A DNA stretch of 38,017 bases, taken from NCBI GenBank assembly GCA_032123335.1, contig JAQBFN010000013.1, positions 1 to 38,017 on the forward strand. Direction: 5' to 3'. How positions within the stretch are numbered: position 1 is the first letter of the stretch; each line of letters starts with the position of its first letter. This document shows, one piece after another, positions 19,237 to 28,776 of the stretch. The position numbers and the translations under genes were made by a program. The stretch is from Candidatus Micrarchaeota archaeon (lineage in GTDB: Archaea; Micrarchaeota; Micrarchaeia; Anstonellales; Bilamarchaeaceae). Below the pieces are notes generated by a model that ran no database searches, was not told the origin of the DNA, and saw nothing but the letters and a program-made list of their open reading frames with translations.

Positions 19237-20867
19237 AAATAGCGATACTCCTTCTCCTGGTGCTTTCCCTTTCCTTTGCAGGGGAAGCCTGGAAAGTTGA
19301 CACAGGTTCAGGAGTAAGCACCCAGCCGCTTGTACACGGCTCCAGGGTAATTGTTGGAACATCCGGAGGCAAGGTTTACTCTATTGAACCCCCCTTCGTA
19401 AAATGGTCCTACAATGTAGTTGACCCGGTCGTTTCCGACCCTGTTTCCCTTGGCGGAAGCATCATAATTGCAACCGAAAACAAGGTATTCGCCCTTGACC
19501 AGTATGGGGCCCTTCAGTGGGAAACTTCTCTCCCCGGGATAAGGGGCGTTGCAGCCTCTGACAAGGTTTATGTAGCAGATAAAAACGGAATCCAGGCACT
19601 TAATTCCGATGGGACTCTCGCATGGAATTTTGCACCCGGAATCGAAAATGCAGGTGTTGCACCTCCCGAACTTTTCTATCCAGTTACTGTTCCCCTTGCT
19701 ACCCCCAGCTACGTAATCTTCGGGTATAATGATTATGTTTATGTGGTGAGGACAACCGGCGCATTCTTCTGGAAAGCAGAAGTGGGCCACATGTGGGACA
19801 CGCCTCCAACCCTGGTTGCAAATACTCTTTATGTGGGAACAGGGGAAGGGCTTCTTTACGGCCTGGACATGTTCAATGGCCAGGAAAAATCCAAGGTTAA
19901 CCTCTTTGAGCAGATAAGCACAACCCCGGTTGAATCCCTCGGAAAAGTAATCGTGGGAACTTCCGAAAATCATGTTTATGCGGTTTCAGGGGGGGAAATC
20001 GAATGGTCTGCAGACCTTGATGGAAAGGTTACTCATAAGATGTACCTTTCCGCTTCTGCAACCGGTGATGTCCTTTACCTCACAACCACAAGGAGCCTTT
20101 ATGCAGTCGACCCTTCAGATGGCACAATTCTCTTCAAGAACACTTTCCTGGACTGGCCCAGCCCGCCCACATTCCTCAATGCAAACATAATCGTTGGAAC
20201 TGAAGAGGGAAGGCTCTACGGAATTGATTCCTCCAAGGCGTGCAGCATCATTTACCCTGAGCTTGATGAGCAGGTGGGGGATGCTGAAATACCCATATCC
20301 GGCCTGAGTTACTCAAAGTATGGGTCCCCCAACACAGACCTCAGGATAAACGGTGGGGAATGGATAACGCTCAATGGAACCGATTGGGAATACAACCTGG
20401 ACACCTCCATCTACGAATATGGAATTCTTGATATTGAGTGCAGGGTTTCTGATTCCACGGGTGCAGAAACGGAGCCATACACAAAAATCTCCATTGTGCA
20501 CGTCCAGGGAACAATTGAGCAACTCATGACCATTTCCTATCCCTCTTCAGTTAAAGCGGATACTGAATTTGAGATTGAAGCAATTGATTCAAGGGGCCTC
20601 CCAGTAAGCGGGCTTAAAATAACCGCAGGAGGCCAGGCTTTCGAAGGTGATGGCACAATCACCATCTCCCTTCCCCCAGGCATGCAAACTGTAAAAGTTG
20701 AGCGCCCGGGCTACACAACAGAGGAATTCACAATAGATTCAAAGGATGAGCCAACACTTGCATATGCAGCAGGAGGCCTTTTCATAATACTCCTTATCGC
20801 ATACGTTTACTTCCTATTCATAAGGAAAGAGAAAAAGAAAGAATTGATAATAGAAGAAAAGCACTAG
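19233..20867 (+). CDS. secreted PQQ-like beta-propeller protein with Ig-like domains and C-terminal TM anchor
   Basis: Signal peptide, repeated G.L.W/VGT..G.LY motifs, C-terminal TM helix plus basic tail. Confidence 0.85.
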   Translation: MKIAILLLLVLSLSFAGEAWKVDTGSGVSTQPLVHGSRVIVGTSGGKVYSIEPPFVKWSYNVVDPVVSDPVSLGGSIIIATENKVFALDQYGALQWETSLPGIRGVAASDKVYVADKNGIQALNSDGTLAWNFAPGIENAGVAPPELFYPVTVPLATPSYVIFGYNDYVYVVRTTGAFFWKAEVGHMWDTPPTLVANTLYVGTGEGLLYGLDMFNGQEKSKVNLFEQISTTPVESLGKVIVGTSENHVYAVSGGEIEWSADLDGKVTHKMYLSASATGDVLYLTTTRSLYAVDPSDGTILFKNTFLDWPSPPTFLNANIIVGTEEGRLYGIDSSKACSIIYPELDEQVGDAEIPISGLSYSKYGSPNTDLRINGGEWITLNGTDWEYNLDTSIYEYGILDIECRVSDSTGAETEPYTKISIVHVQGTIEQLMTISYPSSVKADTEFEIEAIDSRGLPVSGLKITAGGQAFEGDGTITISLPPGMQTVKVERPGYTTEEFTIDSKDEPTLAYAAGGLFIILLIAYVYFLFIRKEKKKELIIEEKH

Positions 20868-21112
20868 ATCCTGTCTACGCCTACGACCTGGACCTGGCTC
20901 ACTTCAGGGAGGGCGCCGATTTTTTCTTCAATCTCATCAAGCCCGCCTGCATCTTCCATAACGAAAGTGATTATTGCAGCCACGAGTCCGAACCCGATGG
21001 GCTCTTCCCCAATCTTGGCCACATTCACAATCTTTTTGACTGCTTCCTTCACTTCCTCAAGCTTCTCAGGGTTTTCAGGAAAAACCTTAATTGTTACCGC
21101 TACCTGTCCCAT
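20864..21112 (-). CDS. ef1b: translation elongation factor aEF-1beta
   Basis: MGQVAVTIKVFPE...EEPIGFGL; GAGGTGA RBS. Confidence 0.93.
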   Translation of the reverse strand: MGQVAVTIKVFPENPEKLEEVKEAVKKIVNVAKIGEEPIGFGLVAAIITFVMEDAGGLDEIEEKIGALPEVSQVQVVGVDRI

Positions 21113-21122
21113 CCAGATCACC

Positions 21123-21272
21123 TCATGGTCCCTCAAATCCGCACTCGCATGCGTATTTGTTCCGTGTCTCCCTGCAGTGGTAGCAGCGCACGAGGTGTTT
21201 CCCGCATTCAGGGCAGGGAAACTCAGCAAACTCCTTTGCCAGCTTTCCGCATGTTAAACATCTTTTAGTCAT
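21123..21272 (-). CDS. small Zn-ribbon protein (DUF1610/HVO_2753 family), 49 aa
   Basis: MTKRCLTCGKLAKEFAEFPCPECGKHLVRCYHCRETRNKYACECGFEGP; conserved position upstream of aEF-1beta; not in the ORF track. Confidence 0.9.
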   Translation of the reverse strand: MTKRCLTCGKLAKEFAEFPCPECGKHLVRCYHCRETRNKYACECGFEGP

Positions 21273-21406
21273 ATCAATTCACCGAAAAAGTTATTGGATT
21301 ATGGATGAGACTTCTTTTTAAAGGTTGGCTTGCTGTGCTTGTTTTGCAAATCAATATAAAACCTTCCAGCCTCAATCAATACTCGCACCATCTACGGTGT
21401 TTTAAT

Positions 21407-21480
21407 GCCCTCATAGTCTAGCCTGGATAGGACACGAGCTTGCGGAGCTTGAAACCTGGGTTCGAATCCCAGTGAGGGCG
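21407..21480 (+). tRNA. tRNA-Arg(GCG)
   Basis: Acceptor GCCCTCA/TGAGGGC+G, CGAGC-TTGCGGA-GCTTG, GGTTCGAATCC. Confidence 0.95.
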
Positions 21481-21567
21481 TAAAGCGTAGCTCTTTTGCG
21501 GTTTTCCGCTCCATCTACTATCGATATATATCAGTCGCTAAAGGCACGAGCTACACTTTACGGGGCG
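21479..21567. repeat. hairpin element directly behind tRNA-Arg
   Basis: 14/15 inverted repeat 21479-21493 / 21548-21562, followed by GGGCG, a copy of the tRNA 3' end. Confidence 0.6.
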
Positions 21568-21640
21568 CCCCCTTTCTCCCTCCTTTATAAATATTTCTCA
21601 ATATTTTAATAGGCACTTACTTCTCTTAGAGGTGTTTATA

Positions 21641-22936
21641 TTGACAGACGATGAAGCCGCCCAGGCACAAGCTGCAAAAGAAATTGCACAGCAGATAATG
21701 AATCAGGAGTCCAAAGAAGAGGCCCAGATGGACGAGGTTGCAGAGGAAGTAACCGCCCAGGAGCCCGAGGCACCTGCCCCGGAACCCGAACCAAGTGCAC
21801 CTGTGGAAATTCCAAAAGAAGAGCCCCTAAAGCCCTCAAAGCCCCCCACTGACACTCAGCTTGCAAAAGAGCTCTCAGGCAACTCAAGCACAGAAACCGA
21901 TGATGAAGAAATCCTCAGGTTCATAGAGCAAAGCAAGCCCAAGGTTTACGTGGTCGGAGCAGGAGGAAGCGGCTCAAACACACTCGACAGGCTATTTGAG
22001 CTTGGAATAAAAGACATGAACCTCGTAGGCATGAACACCGATGCGCACCACCTCCTCAGGGTAAAGGCAAACAAGAAAGTCCTTCTCGGAAAGCAGCTCA
22101 CAAAAGGAAGGGGGGCAGGAAGCAACCCTGAAATCGGGCTCAACGCAGCAAAAGAAAGCGCAGAGGAGATGAAGAAGGCGTTGAGTGGCGCAAGCATGGT
22201 TTTCATTACATGTGGCCTCGGAGGAGGCACAGGAACAGGTGCAGCCCCCCTAATCGCAGAGATTTCCAAAAGCATGGGCGCACTCACAATCGCAGTAGTT
22301 ACCCTCCCGTTTTCCTCAGAAGGGAGAATCAGGATGGAAAACGCGCTCCAGGGCCTCGAAAAGCTCAGGAAATACACCGACACACTCATAGTAATCCGCA
22401 ACGACAAGCTCCTTTCAATCGCCCCGGACCTCCCGCTCAACACCGCATTCAAGGTATGCGACGAGGTTCTCGCAGGCTCAGTAAAGGGAATTGCGGAACT
22501 CATTACATGCTCCGGCATGATGAACGTGGACTTTGCAGACCTGAGGACAATCCTTTCGGATGCAGGCTACGCAGTAATTGGCCTCGGGGAAGCATCAATC
22601 GATGCAAAGAGCGACGAGCGCTCCACAATTGCAATCGAGACCGCACTCAACTCCCCGCTCCTGGACTCTGAAATCCAGGGCGCGAACCGCGCACTTATAA
22701 ACGTAGTGGGCGGAGAGGACATGACCCTCAAGGAAGCAGAGCTTATAGTTTCTGAAACTGCCAAGAGAATCCACCCCAACGCGCACATAATCTGGGGAGC
22801 AAGAATTGAGCAAGACCTCAAAAAATCCTCAATCAAGGTGCTGGTGGTTCTCGGAGGCGTGAAATTCCCCAAGTACGGAATCCAGGAAAGGGTTCCGGAA
22901 GGCCTGGAGGATATAGATTTAGACATAATCGGGTGA
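21641..22936 (+). CDS. ftsZ: cell division protein FtsZ with long acidic N-terminal extension
   Basis: GAGGSGSN, GLGGGTGTG, NVDFADL; GAGGTG RBS before TTG 21641. Confidence 0.96.
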   Translation: MTDDEAAQAQAAKEIAQQIMNQESKEEAQMDEVAEEVTAQEPEAPAPEPEPSAPVEIPKEEPLKPSKPPTDTQLAKELSGNSSTETDDEEILRFIEQSKPKVYVVGAGGSGSNTLDRLFELGIKDMNLVGMNTDAHHLLRVKANKKVLLGKQLTKGRGAGSNPEIGLNAAKESAEEMKKALSGASMVFITCGLGGGTGTGAAPLIAEISKSMGALTIAVVTLPFSSEGRIRMENALQGLEKLRKYTDTLIVIRNDKLLSIAPDLPLNTAFKVCDEVLAGSVKGIAELITCSGMMNVDFADLRTILSDAGYAVIGLGEASIDAKSDERSTIAIETALNSPLLDSEIQGANRALINVVGGEDMTLKEAELIVSETAKRIHPNAHIIWGARIEQDLKKSSIKVLVVLGGVKFPKYGIQERVPEGLEDIDLDIIG

Positions 22937-22940
22937 AAAC

Positions 22941-23102
22941 ATGATATCCATGACGTTTATCAACAGGTGCATGCGGGTACTCCACATTGCAAAAAAGCCA
23001 ACCAGGAAGGAACTTAACGAGATTGTCAAGGTTACCGGGCTTGGGCTCTTAGTAATAGGGTCATTTGGTATGCTGATGTACCTGATATTCAGCTTCATTT
23101 AG
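22941..23102 (+). CDS. secE: protein translocase subunit SecE/Sec61-gamma, 53 aa
   Basis: RVLHIAKKPTRKELNEIVKVTGLGLLVIGSFG; lies between ftsZ and spt5; not in the ORF track. Confidence 0.93.
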   Translation: MISMTFINRCMRVLHIAKKPTRKELNEIVKVTGLGLLVIGSFGMLMYLIFSFI

Positions 23103-23110
23103 GTGAGCTC

Positions 23111-23563
23111 ATGATATACATATTCAGGGTAACAACCGGACAGGAAAAAATCGTTTCCCAGATGCTTGAGAAAAAGTCAAAGGCGCAGAAGCTTTCAATC
23201 TACTCAATCCTGGTTCCCGAAAACGTAAAGGGATATCTGTTTGTGGAGGCTGCAACAGAAAACGATGCGGTGCATCTCGCGCAGAAAACCCGCCACGTAA
23301 AAGGAATCCTGAAGCAGGCCATCGCGCTTTCCGAAGTGGAAAAAATGGTAACTGCCGAGAAGCCCGCAGCCCTCACAATTGAACTCGCGGACATCGTGGA
23401 AATCAAGAGCGGAGCATTCAAGGGAGACAAGGCCAAGGTAACCAAAATCGATGAGAACAAGGATGAGCTTACCGTAGAGTTCATGGACATGGCCGTGCCT
23501 ATCCCGACTACGATAAAAAGAAAGATTACGAAGCTTTTCAGGAAATCAGGGGACGAAGATTAA
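23111..23563 (+). CDS. spt5: transcription elongation factor Spt5 (NusG)
   Basis: TTGQEK, KGYLFVEA, KOW motif VEIKSGAFKGDKAKV. Confidence 0.95.
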   Translation: MIYIFRVTTGQEKIVSQMLEKKSKAQKLSIYSILVPENVKGYLFVEAATENDAVHLAQKTRHVKGILKQAIALSEVEKMVTAEKPAALTIELADIVEIKSGAFKGDKAKVTKIDENKDELTVEFMDMAVPIPTTIKRKITKLFRKSGDED

Positions 23564-23574
23564 TTCCCCTAATC

Positions 23575-24738
23575 CTATTTCTTCTTCGTTTCCCTTTTCC
23601 CTTCTTCATGCATATGGAGCGTCATGGTTGGGTAAGGTATGCGTATTCCCTTTTTCTTGAACACATAGAAGATTTGCTTTACAAGCTCTCCATTCACCCC
23701 AAACCTGTCTCCGTACACAGGAATCCTTACAATTACCTTGTACTCAATCGCACTGTCCAGGAATGCATTCGGGCGGATAGTGGATTTATCCACATCCACA
23801 ATCTTGCCCGTTTTCTTTGAGGTTGCCCTCAGTGCTTCCCAGAGCGCTTTCTCCACTTTTTCAGGGTCATCATCATAGCTTACCCCGAAGCTCATTGCAT
23901 ATCCCATTTCCTCGTTCGGGTTGAAGTAGTTGATTAGTATGCTTGCGCTCATTTTTGAGTTGGGCACATAGACAATATTATTGTCCCAGGTCTTTATCCT
24001 GGTGCTCCTCCACCCAATCTCCTCAATGGTCCCCATAATCTCGGTTCCGTCTATCTTGATGTAGTCCCTGGGACGCACCGGCCTGTCCGCAAGTAGGTGC
24101 ACTCCCGCAAAGAAGTTGCTGAGCGTATCCTGCAGCGCAAGCGCAACTGCAAGGCCTCCAACTCCCAGGGCTGCAATCAATGCGGAAACCTCTATTCCCA
24201 TCGTGCTCAGCACAATGGTCAAACCCATTACGTAGATAAGCGCACTGCCGATTTTCTTGAAAAGCGGGAATATTTCATCATCAAACTTGCTGTCTGTTTT
24301 CGGAGCCATCTCTTCCCCGTACCAGCCCATGAATGCGCTGAACAGCCCGTTCACGGTGTAGGTTCCCGCAATTATGAATATGATTGTAAAGATGTTGTCC
24401 AGCCCATGCCCCCATAGGTTGAGTGCAGGATAGAAGAGCTGCAGCGAAAGATATGCTGCGAGGATTACCGAGATCCACTTCATCGGCCTCCTCAGGTTCT
24501 TTATGAGGTGGTCATCCAGAGTGGTCTTGGTCTTCCTTGTCATCATCTTGACCGTTTGGAATACCGCCATCACCACAGTGTAGAAAATAACTGCAAGAAT
24601 CGCAAAGGCAATCACAGCGAGCGTGGTGTTCCCCCCCGGAATCACATCAGCGTACTCCGTTACAAACGGCGCCACGAATTCGGATAAGGGCGAAGGCCCG
24701 GAAACCGCAGCCATCGTTTCGTTAGTTTCATTGAGCAT
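23575..24738 (-). CDS. small-conductance mechanosensitive channel (MscS family)
   Basis: LGVGGLAVALALQDTLSNFFAG, IGWRSTRI, VPNS, IPYP. Confidence 0.94.
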   Translation of the reverse strand: MLNETNETMAAVSGPSPLSEFVAPFVTEYADVIPGGNTTLAVIAFAILAVIFYTVVMAVFQTVKMMTRKTKTTLDDHLIKNLRRPMKWISVILAAYLSLQLFYPALNLWGHGLDNIFTIIFIIAGTYTVNGLFSAFMGWYGEEMAPKTDSKFDDEIFPLFKKIGSALIYVMGLTIVLSTMGIEVSALIAALGVGGLAVALALQDTLSNFFAGVHLLADRPVRPRDYIKIDGTEIMGTIEEIGWRSTRIKTWDNNIVYVPNSKMSASILINYFNPNEEMGYAMSFGVSYDDDPEKVEKALWEALRATSKKTGKIVDVDKSTIRPNAFLDSAIEYKVIVRIPVYGDRFGVNGELVKQIFYVFKKKGIRIPYPTMTLHMHEEGKRETKKK

Positions 24739-24803
24739 AACCCAACCTTATGGGATTATTCTTTAAATACTTAACATTGAAGATTAATGCGGGAGGAACA
24801 TTC

Positions 24804-26042
24804 ATGGCGCTGAAAGAAAAAGACCCAGAGGTATTTTCACTTGTTGAACAGGAGCTCCAGAGGCAGATAGATACACTGGATCTAATCGCTTCTGAGAATT
24901 ACGCACCAAAAGAAATCCTTGAGGCATCCGCCTCAGTGCTCACAAACAAATACTCTGAAGGATACCCCGGAAAAAGGTATTACGCAGGGAACGAAATCAT
25001 TGACCAGGTTGAAACCCTTGCAATCGAGCGTGCATCAAAGCTCTTTGGGATGCCATGCGCAAATGTGCAGCCCCACTCCGGCTCCTCTGCAAACTTCGAA
25101 GCTTATCGCGCCCTGATGAATGAAGGCGACACGCTTATGGGCCTCAAGCTGGACCAGGGGGGCCACCTTACCCACGGCAGCCCCGTGAATTTCTCGGGCC
25201 AGCTCTACAACGTCGTAAGCTACGGTGTAGATAAGGAAACCGAGCAGCTTGATTACGATGCGATCATGGAGCAGGCAAAGGAAGTGAAGCCCAGGGTGAT
25301 TGTTTGCGGCTACACCGCATATCCCCGCACAGTTTACTTCGATAAATTCCGTGAAATCGCAGATGCGTGCGGCGCTTACCTCCTCTGTGACATAGCCCAT
25401 ATCGCGGGCTTGATTGCAGGGGGCGCCCACATGCCCGCAGGCCCATACGCAGATGTAATCACAACAACCACGCACAAGAGCCTCAGGGGCCCAAGGGGCG
25501 CAATCATCCTTGCAAAGGAGGAGCACTGCAAGCTCATAAACAAAGGAGTCTTCCCGGGCTCCCAGGGGGGCCCGCTCGACCACATAACCGCAGCAAAGGC
25601 AGTATGCTTCCATAATGCAATGCAGCCGGAATTCAAAGTTTATGCAGCCCAAATCGTAAAAAACGCAAAGGCGCTTGCGGAAGAGCTCCAGAAGCACGGG
25701 TTCCGCCTTGTTTCCGGAGGCACGGACAACCACCTCATCCTCATAGATGTGAAATCCAAGGGCCTGAATGGGAAAATCGCCCAGAACGCGCTGGAAAATG
25801 CAGGCATAATCACGAATAAGAACACTATTCCCTATGATACCGAAAAGCCCTTTGTAGGAAGCGGAATTCGCGTAGGAACCCCCGCAGTTACTACCCGCGG
25901 AATGAAGGAAGCAGAAATGAAGGAAGTTGCAGAGCTCTTTGCAAGGGTGCTTGAAAAACCAGAAGATGAAGAGTTTCATGCCAAAGTAAAATCTGAAGTA
26001 AAAGAGCTTATGGACAGGTTCCCTATTTACGGGGACCTTTAA
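24804..26042 (+). CDS. glyA: serine hydroxymethyltransferase (bacterial-like)
   Basis: LIASEN, KYSEGYPGKRYY, NVQPHSG, TTTHKSLRGPRG, GGTDNHL; GGAGG RBS. Confidence 0.97.
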   Translation: MALKEKDPEVFSLVEQELQRQIDTLDLIASENYAPKEILEASASVLTNKYSEGYPGKRYYAGNEIIDQVETLAIERASKLFGMPCANVQPHSGSSANFEAYRALMNEGDTLMGLKLDQGGHLTHGSPVNFSGQLYNVVSYGVDKETEQLDYDAIMEQAKEVKPRVIVCGYTAYPRTVYFDKFREIADACGAYLLCDIAHIAGLIAGGAHMPAGPYADVITTTTHKSLRGPRGAIILAKEEHCKLINKGVFPGSQGGPLDHITAAKAVCFHNAMQPEFKVYAAQIVKNAKALAEELQKHGFRLVSGGTDNHLILIDVKSKGLNGKIAQNALENAGIITNKNTIPYDTEKPFVGSGIRVGTPAVTTRGMKEAEMKEVAELFARVLEKPEDEEFHAKVKSEVKELMDRFPIYGDL

Positions 26043-27078
26043 CTATCCTTTTGATTGCGCGCCCGACCCCCAATATTTTATCCACAACAGGACCTCTCGA
26101 AATCATCGGAGTTTCCTCCATTTCGGCCCTCATTTTCATTTTTGCGGGGGGCCTCATTAGTTCCTTGGGGTTAAGCTCGCCTTCCGCTGTCATTTTTTTC
26201 TTCCTTCCTTTTATGCGGGAGGTATGGTCCTCCCCTATCCTATTGATTGCGCGCTCGATGCGCTGGAGCGGGATGTTTGCATCATCGTTTTCCCTGTCCA
26301 GGTTGATCCTCCTCAGCTTTTCCTTGAATACCCTATTCTGAATTTCCTTCTTCATGTCCGAAGACTCGAACAGCTCAACAATGGCATCCTCCGCAATCCT
26401 CCACATCTTTTCGCTTCCTTCGCAAAGCTTGATGAGCGGAATCAGGAAGCTGCCCCGCACCCGGTTTTTCTTCATGCTTTCAATTATGCCTGCGAGCGCT
26501 TTCTCCCCCCTTTGCATGGCTGCAGCATTCTTCATTTTTTCAGCATTGCCCAGAAGGATGAAAAAGAAGTTGAATCCTTCCATGGAAGAATTTGCCGAAA
26601 GGACCCTTGCAGCCGCCTTCCCTGCATTTTCCGAAGGGTCCATGAACATGCATTTCACAAGCACCCTCTCGGTTTCAGGGGTGATTTTTGCACCCTCCTC
26701 CCGCATCAGTATCTTTTCCACTGCAGCAAGAGCGCTGGTGCGCACCCATTCATCCTTATCAGCACGGTATGGAAATACAGTATCCCCAAAATTACAGAGC
26801 CCATTTGCGTATTTTTTCCTGCCGCTTACTTTTTCGTGGCCCAGAAGGTGCATCAGCACTTTTTCCACATCTTCAGGGCTCCCCGCATTCCCCATTGATT
26901 CCAGCATTACGCTCCTTGCGAATGCACCTACCTTCTCAAAAACAAGGCCCCTCATCGCTGCCCGCGTAATTTCATCTTCCCTGAAAGCAGCCGAAAGGTT
27001 CACCGTGGATTCTTTTCCCTCCTCTGCAATTGCCACTAAAATTCTGGTCTGCGCTTGCTCTATCGGGCACTCTGGCAT
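26023..27078 (-). CDS. hypothetical alpha-helical (HEAT-like) protein
   Basis: 351-aa ORF with TTTAAAAA TATA upstream; DKDEWVRTSALAAV is HEAT-like. Confidence 0.65.
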   Translation of the reverse strand: MPECPIEQAQTRILVAIAEEGKESTVNLSAAFREDEITRAAMRGLVFEKVGAFARSVMLESMGNAGSPEDVEKVLMHLLGHEKVSGRKKYANGLCNFGDTVFPYRADKDEWVRTSALAAVEKILMREEGAKITPETERVLVKCMFMDPSENAGKAAARVLSANSSMEGFNFFFILLGNAEKMKNAAAMQRGEKALAGIIESMKKNRVRGSFLIPLIKLCEGSEKMWRIAEDAIVELFESSDMKKEIQNRVFKEKLRRINLDRENDDANIPLQRIERAINRIGEDHTSRIKGRKKKMTAEGELNPKELMRPPAKMKMRAEMEETPMISRGPVVDKILGVGRAIKRIVKGPRK

Positions 27079-27175
27079 GTTTATAGTATATGGTTGATTT
27101 TGTTTTTAAATGTTACACCTTCCCACACATCTGCCATCAAGAACATTTTTTAACCAGTTAAGCCCTAATTTTTCC

Positions 27176-28003
27176 ATGATACTCGAAGGAAACCCGGTGG
27201 CTGAAAAAATACTCCGGGAAGTTAAGGAGAGGGTTGAAGCACTTGGTTTCCAGCCAGGGCTTGCAATAGTGCGCGTAGGGGGCGACCCCGCATCCGAAGT
27301 GTATGTAAATAGCAAGCTCAAGCGTGCAGGGGAAGTTGGGATAAGCGGTACAGAGCACCACCTCCCTGAAACCGCGACAGAGGATGACGTGCTGGAACTT
27401 GTCCATAAGCTCAATACTGATCCTTTGGTGCACGGATTCATAGTGCAGCTTCCGCTTCCGCCCCACCTTGATGCGGACAGGATTCTTGATTTAATTTACC
27501 CGGAGAAAGACGTGGACGGGCTCCACCCCCAGAACTTGGGGAAGCTTGTTGGGGGAAACCCCACATTTGTTCCAGCTACCCCAATGGGAGTAATGGAAAT
27601 GCTCTCCCACTACAAAATAGATGTTGCAGGGAAAAACGTAGTTGTTGTGGGGAGAAGCAGCATGGTCGGGAAGCCGATGGCCGCGCTTCTTCTCAATGCA
27701 AACGCAACTGTTGAAATCTGCCACAGCAAAACCAGGGACTTGGGCGAGCACACAAAGCGCGCAGAAATCCTTGTGGTTGCGGTAGGAAAGCCCAAGCTAA
27801 TTACCGAAGATATGGTGCGCGAAGGCGCTGCGGTAATCGATGTTGGAATTAATCGCGTGGATGGAAAGCTCGTAGGGGATGTTGACTTTGAAAAAGTAAA
27901 GGAAAAAGCAAGGGTCTCCCCTGTTCCCGGAGGCGTTGGTTTGCTTACCGTTGCCTGCTTACTGAAGAATGTGCTGAAGGCAGCAGAAAAAGGCAAAACC
28001 TAA
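27176..28003 (+). CDS. folD: methylenetetrahydrofolate dehydrogenase/cyclohydrolase
   Basis: VQLPLP, KDVDGLHP, GRSSMVGKP, DVGIN, PVPGGVG. Confidence 0.96.
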   Translation: MILEGNPVAEKILREVKERVEALGFQPGLAIVRVGGDPASEVYVNSKLKRAGEVGISGTEHHLPETATEDDVLELVHKLNTDPLVHGFIVQLPLPPHLDADRILDLIYPEKDVDGLHPQNLGKLVGGNPTFVPATPMGVMEMLSHYKIDVAGKNVVVVGRSSMVGKPMAALLLNANATVEICHSKTRDLGEHTKRAEILVVAVGKPKLITEDMVREGAAVIDVGINRVDGKLVGDVDFEKVKEKARVSPVPGGVGLLTVACLLKNVLKAAEKGKT

Positions 28004-28090
28004 CCGGATGTTCCACTTTCCAGAATTTCTCTCACTAGTTCGTTTCCTTTTAAATTTCGTATGTTCCAAACTCTATCATAGGTGATAATC

Positions 28091-28432
28091 ATGGAATTTG
28101 CATGCAAGCAAATAGACCTGGATGAAGTAGTAAAGTGCTCCCTCGGCCTCACGCGCGCCGAATACAGGGTATTCAAAAAATACATGGCCCTCAAAAAGCA
28201 GGTTACGCTCGCAACCCTCTCCCAAAAGACCGGCCTGGACCGCACAACCGTGCAGAAAGCCTCACTGAAGCTTGTTGAAAGGGGACTCCTCTCCCGCTCC
28301 CAGCACAACCGCACAAGAGGCGGATATGAATTCCTCTACTCAATTGTGGACAGAACAGAAATCCGCTCCAAGGTAAGGAACATCGTAAGGAGCTGGTGGG
28401 AAGCAGTTGACAATAACCTTCAATACTGGTAA
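28091..28432 (+). CDS. archaeal winged-HTH transcriptional regulator (TrmB/MarR-like)
   Basis: KCSLGLT..EY, LDRTTVQKA..LVERGLL.R...GGY.F.Y; GGTGA RBS. Confidence 0.85.
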   Translation: MEFACKQIDLDEVVKCSLGLTRAEYRVFKKYMALKKQVTLATLSQKTGLDRTTVQKASLKLVERGLLSRSQHNRTRGGYEFLYSIVDRTEIRSKVRNIVRSWWEAVDNNLQYW

Positions 28433-28484
28433 GAAAAATGAAGGCCCAGACATTATGCTCACGCTTCCGCTTTTTGAAAAATGA

Positions 28485-28746
28485 GTGGTGGGCTCCCTAA
28501 GTTGCAACCTATTCTCCACACGGAGCCATCGCCATCAGCTCCATCTCCGGTCTCTCAAGCATGGCGCAGAGCGCTTATGGCTGCTCCTTCCGGTCTGACC
28601 AGGTTCGCACAAAGCTACCATCCTGAAAGGGAAGACTTCAACGCCTAAGACAAAGGACGCATGAAGAACAAATCACGCTTCAGGGCTTCGACCCGCCTAA
28701 AGGGGATTTGCGGAAAGGGACCCCTAGACCCCATCTAGCCCACCGC
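28485..28746 (-). ncRNA. ffs: archaeal SRP (7S) RNA
   Basis: Helix-8 motif CCTGGTCAGACCGGAAGGAGCAGCC on the minus strand; terminal helix GGTGGGCT/AGCCCACC; T-rich 3' flank. Confidence 0.9.
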
Positions 28747-28776
28747 ATTAATTAGCGCTTACTTTCTTTTTAAAAC

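Noticed and set aside
25035..27097. ORFs of 314, 247 and 224 aa
   Set aside because: They are antisense shadows of glyA and the 351-aa gene.
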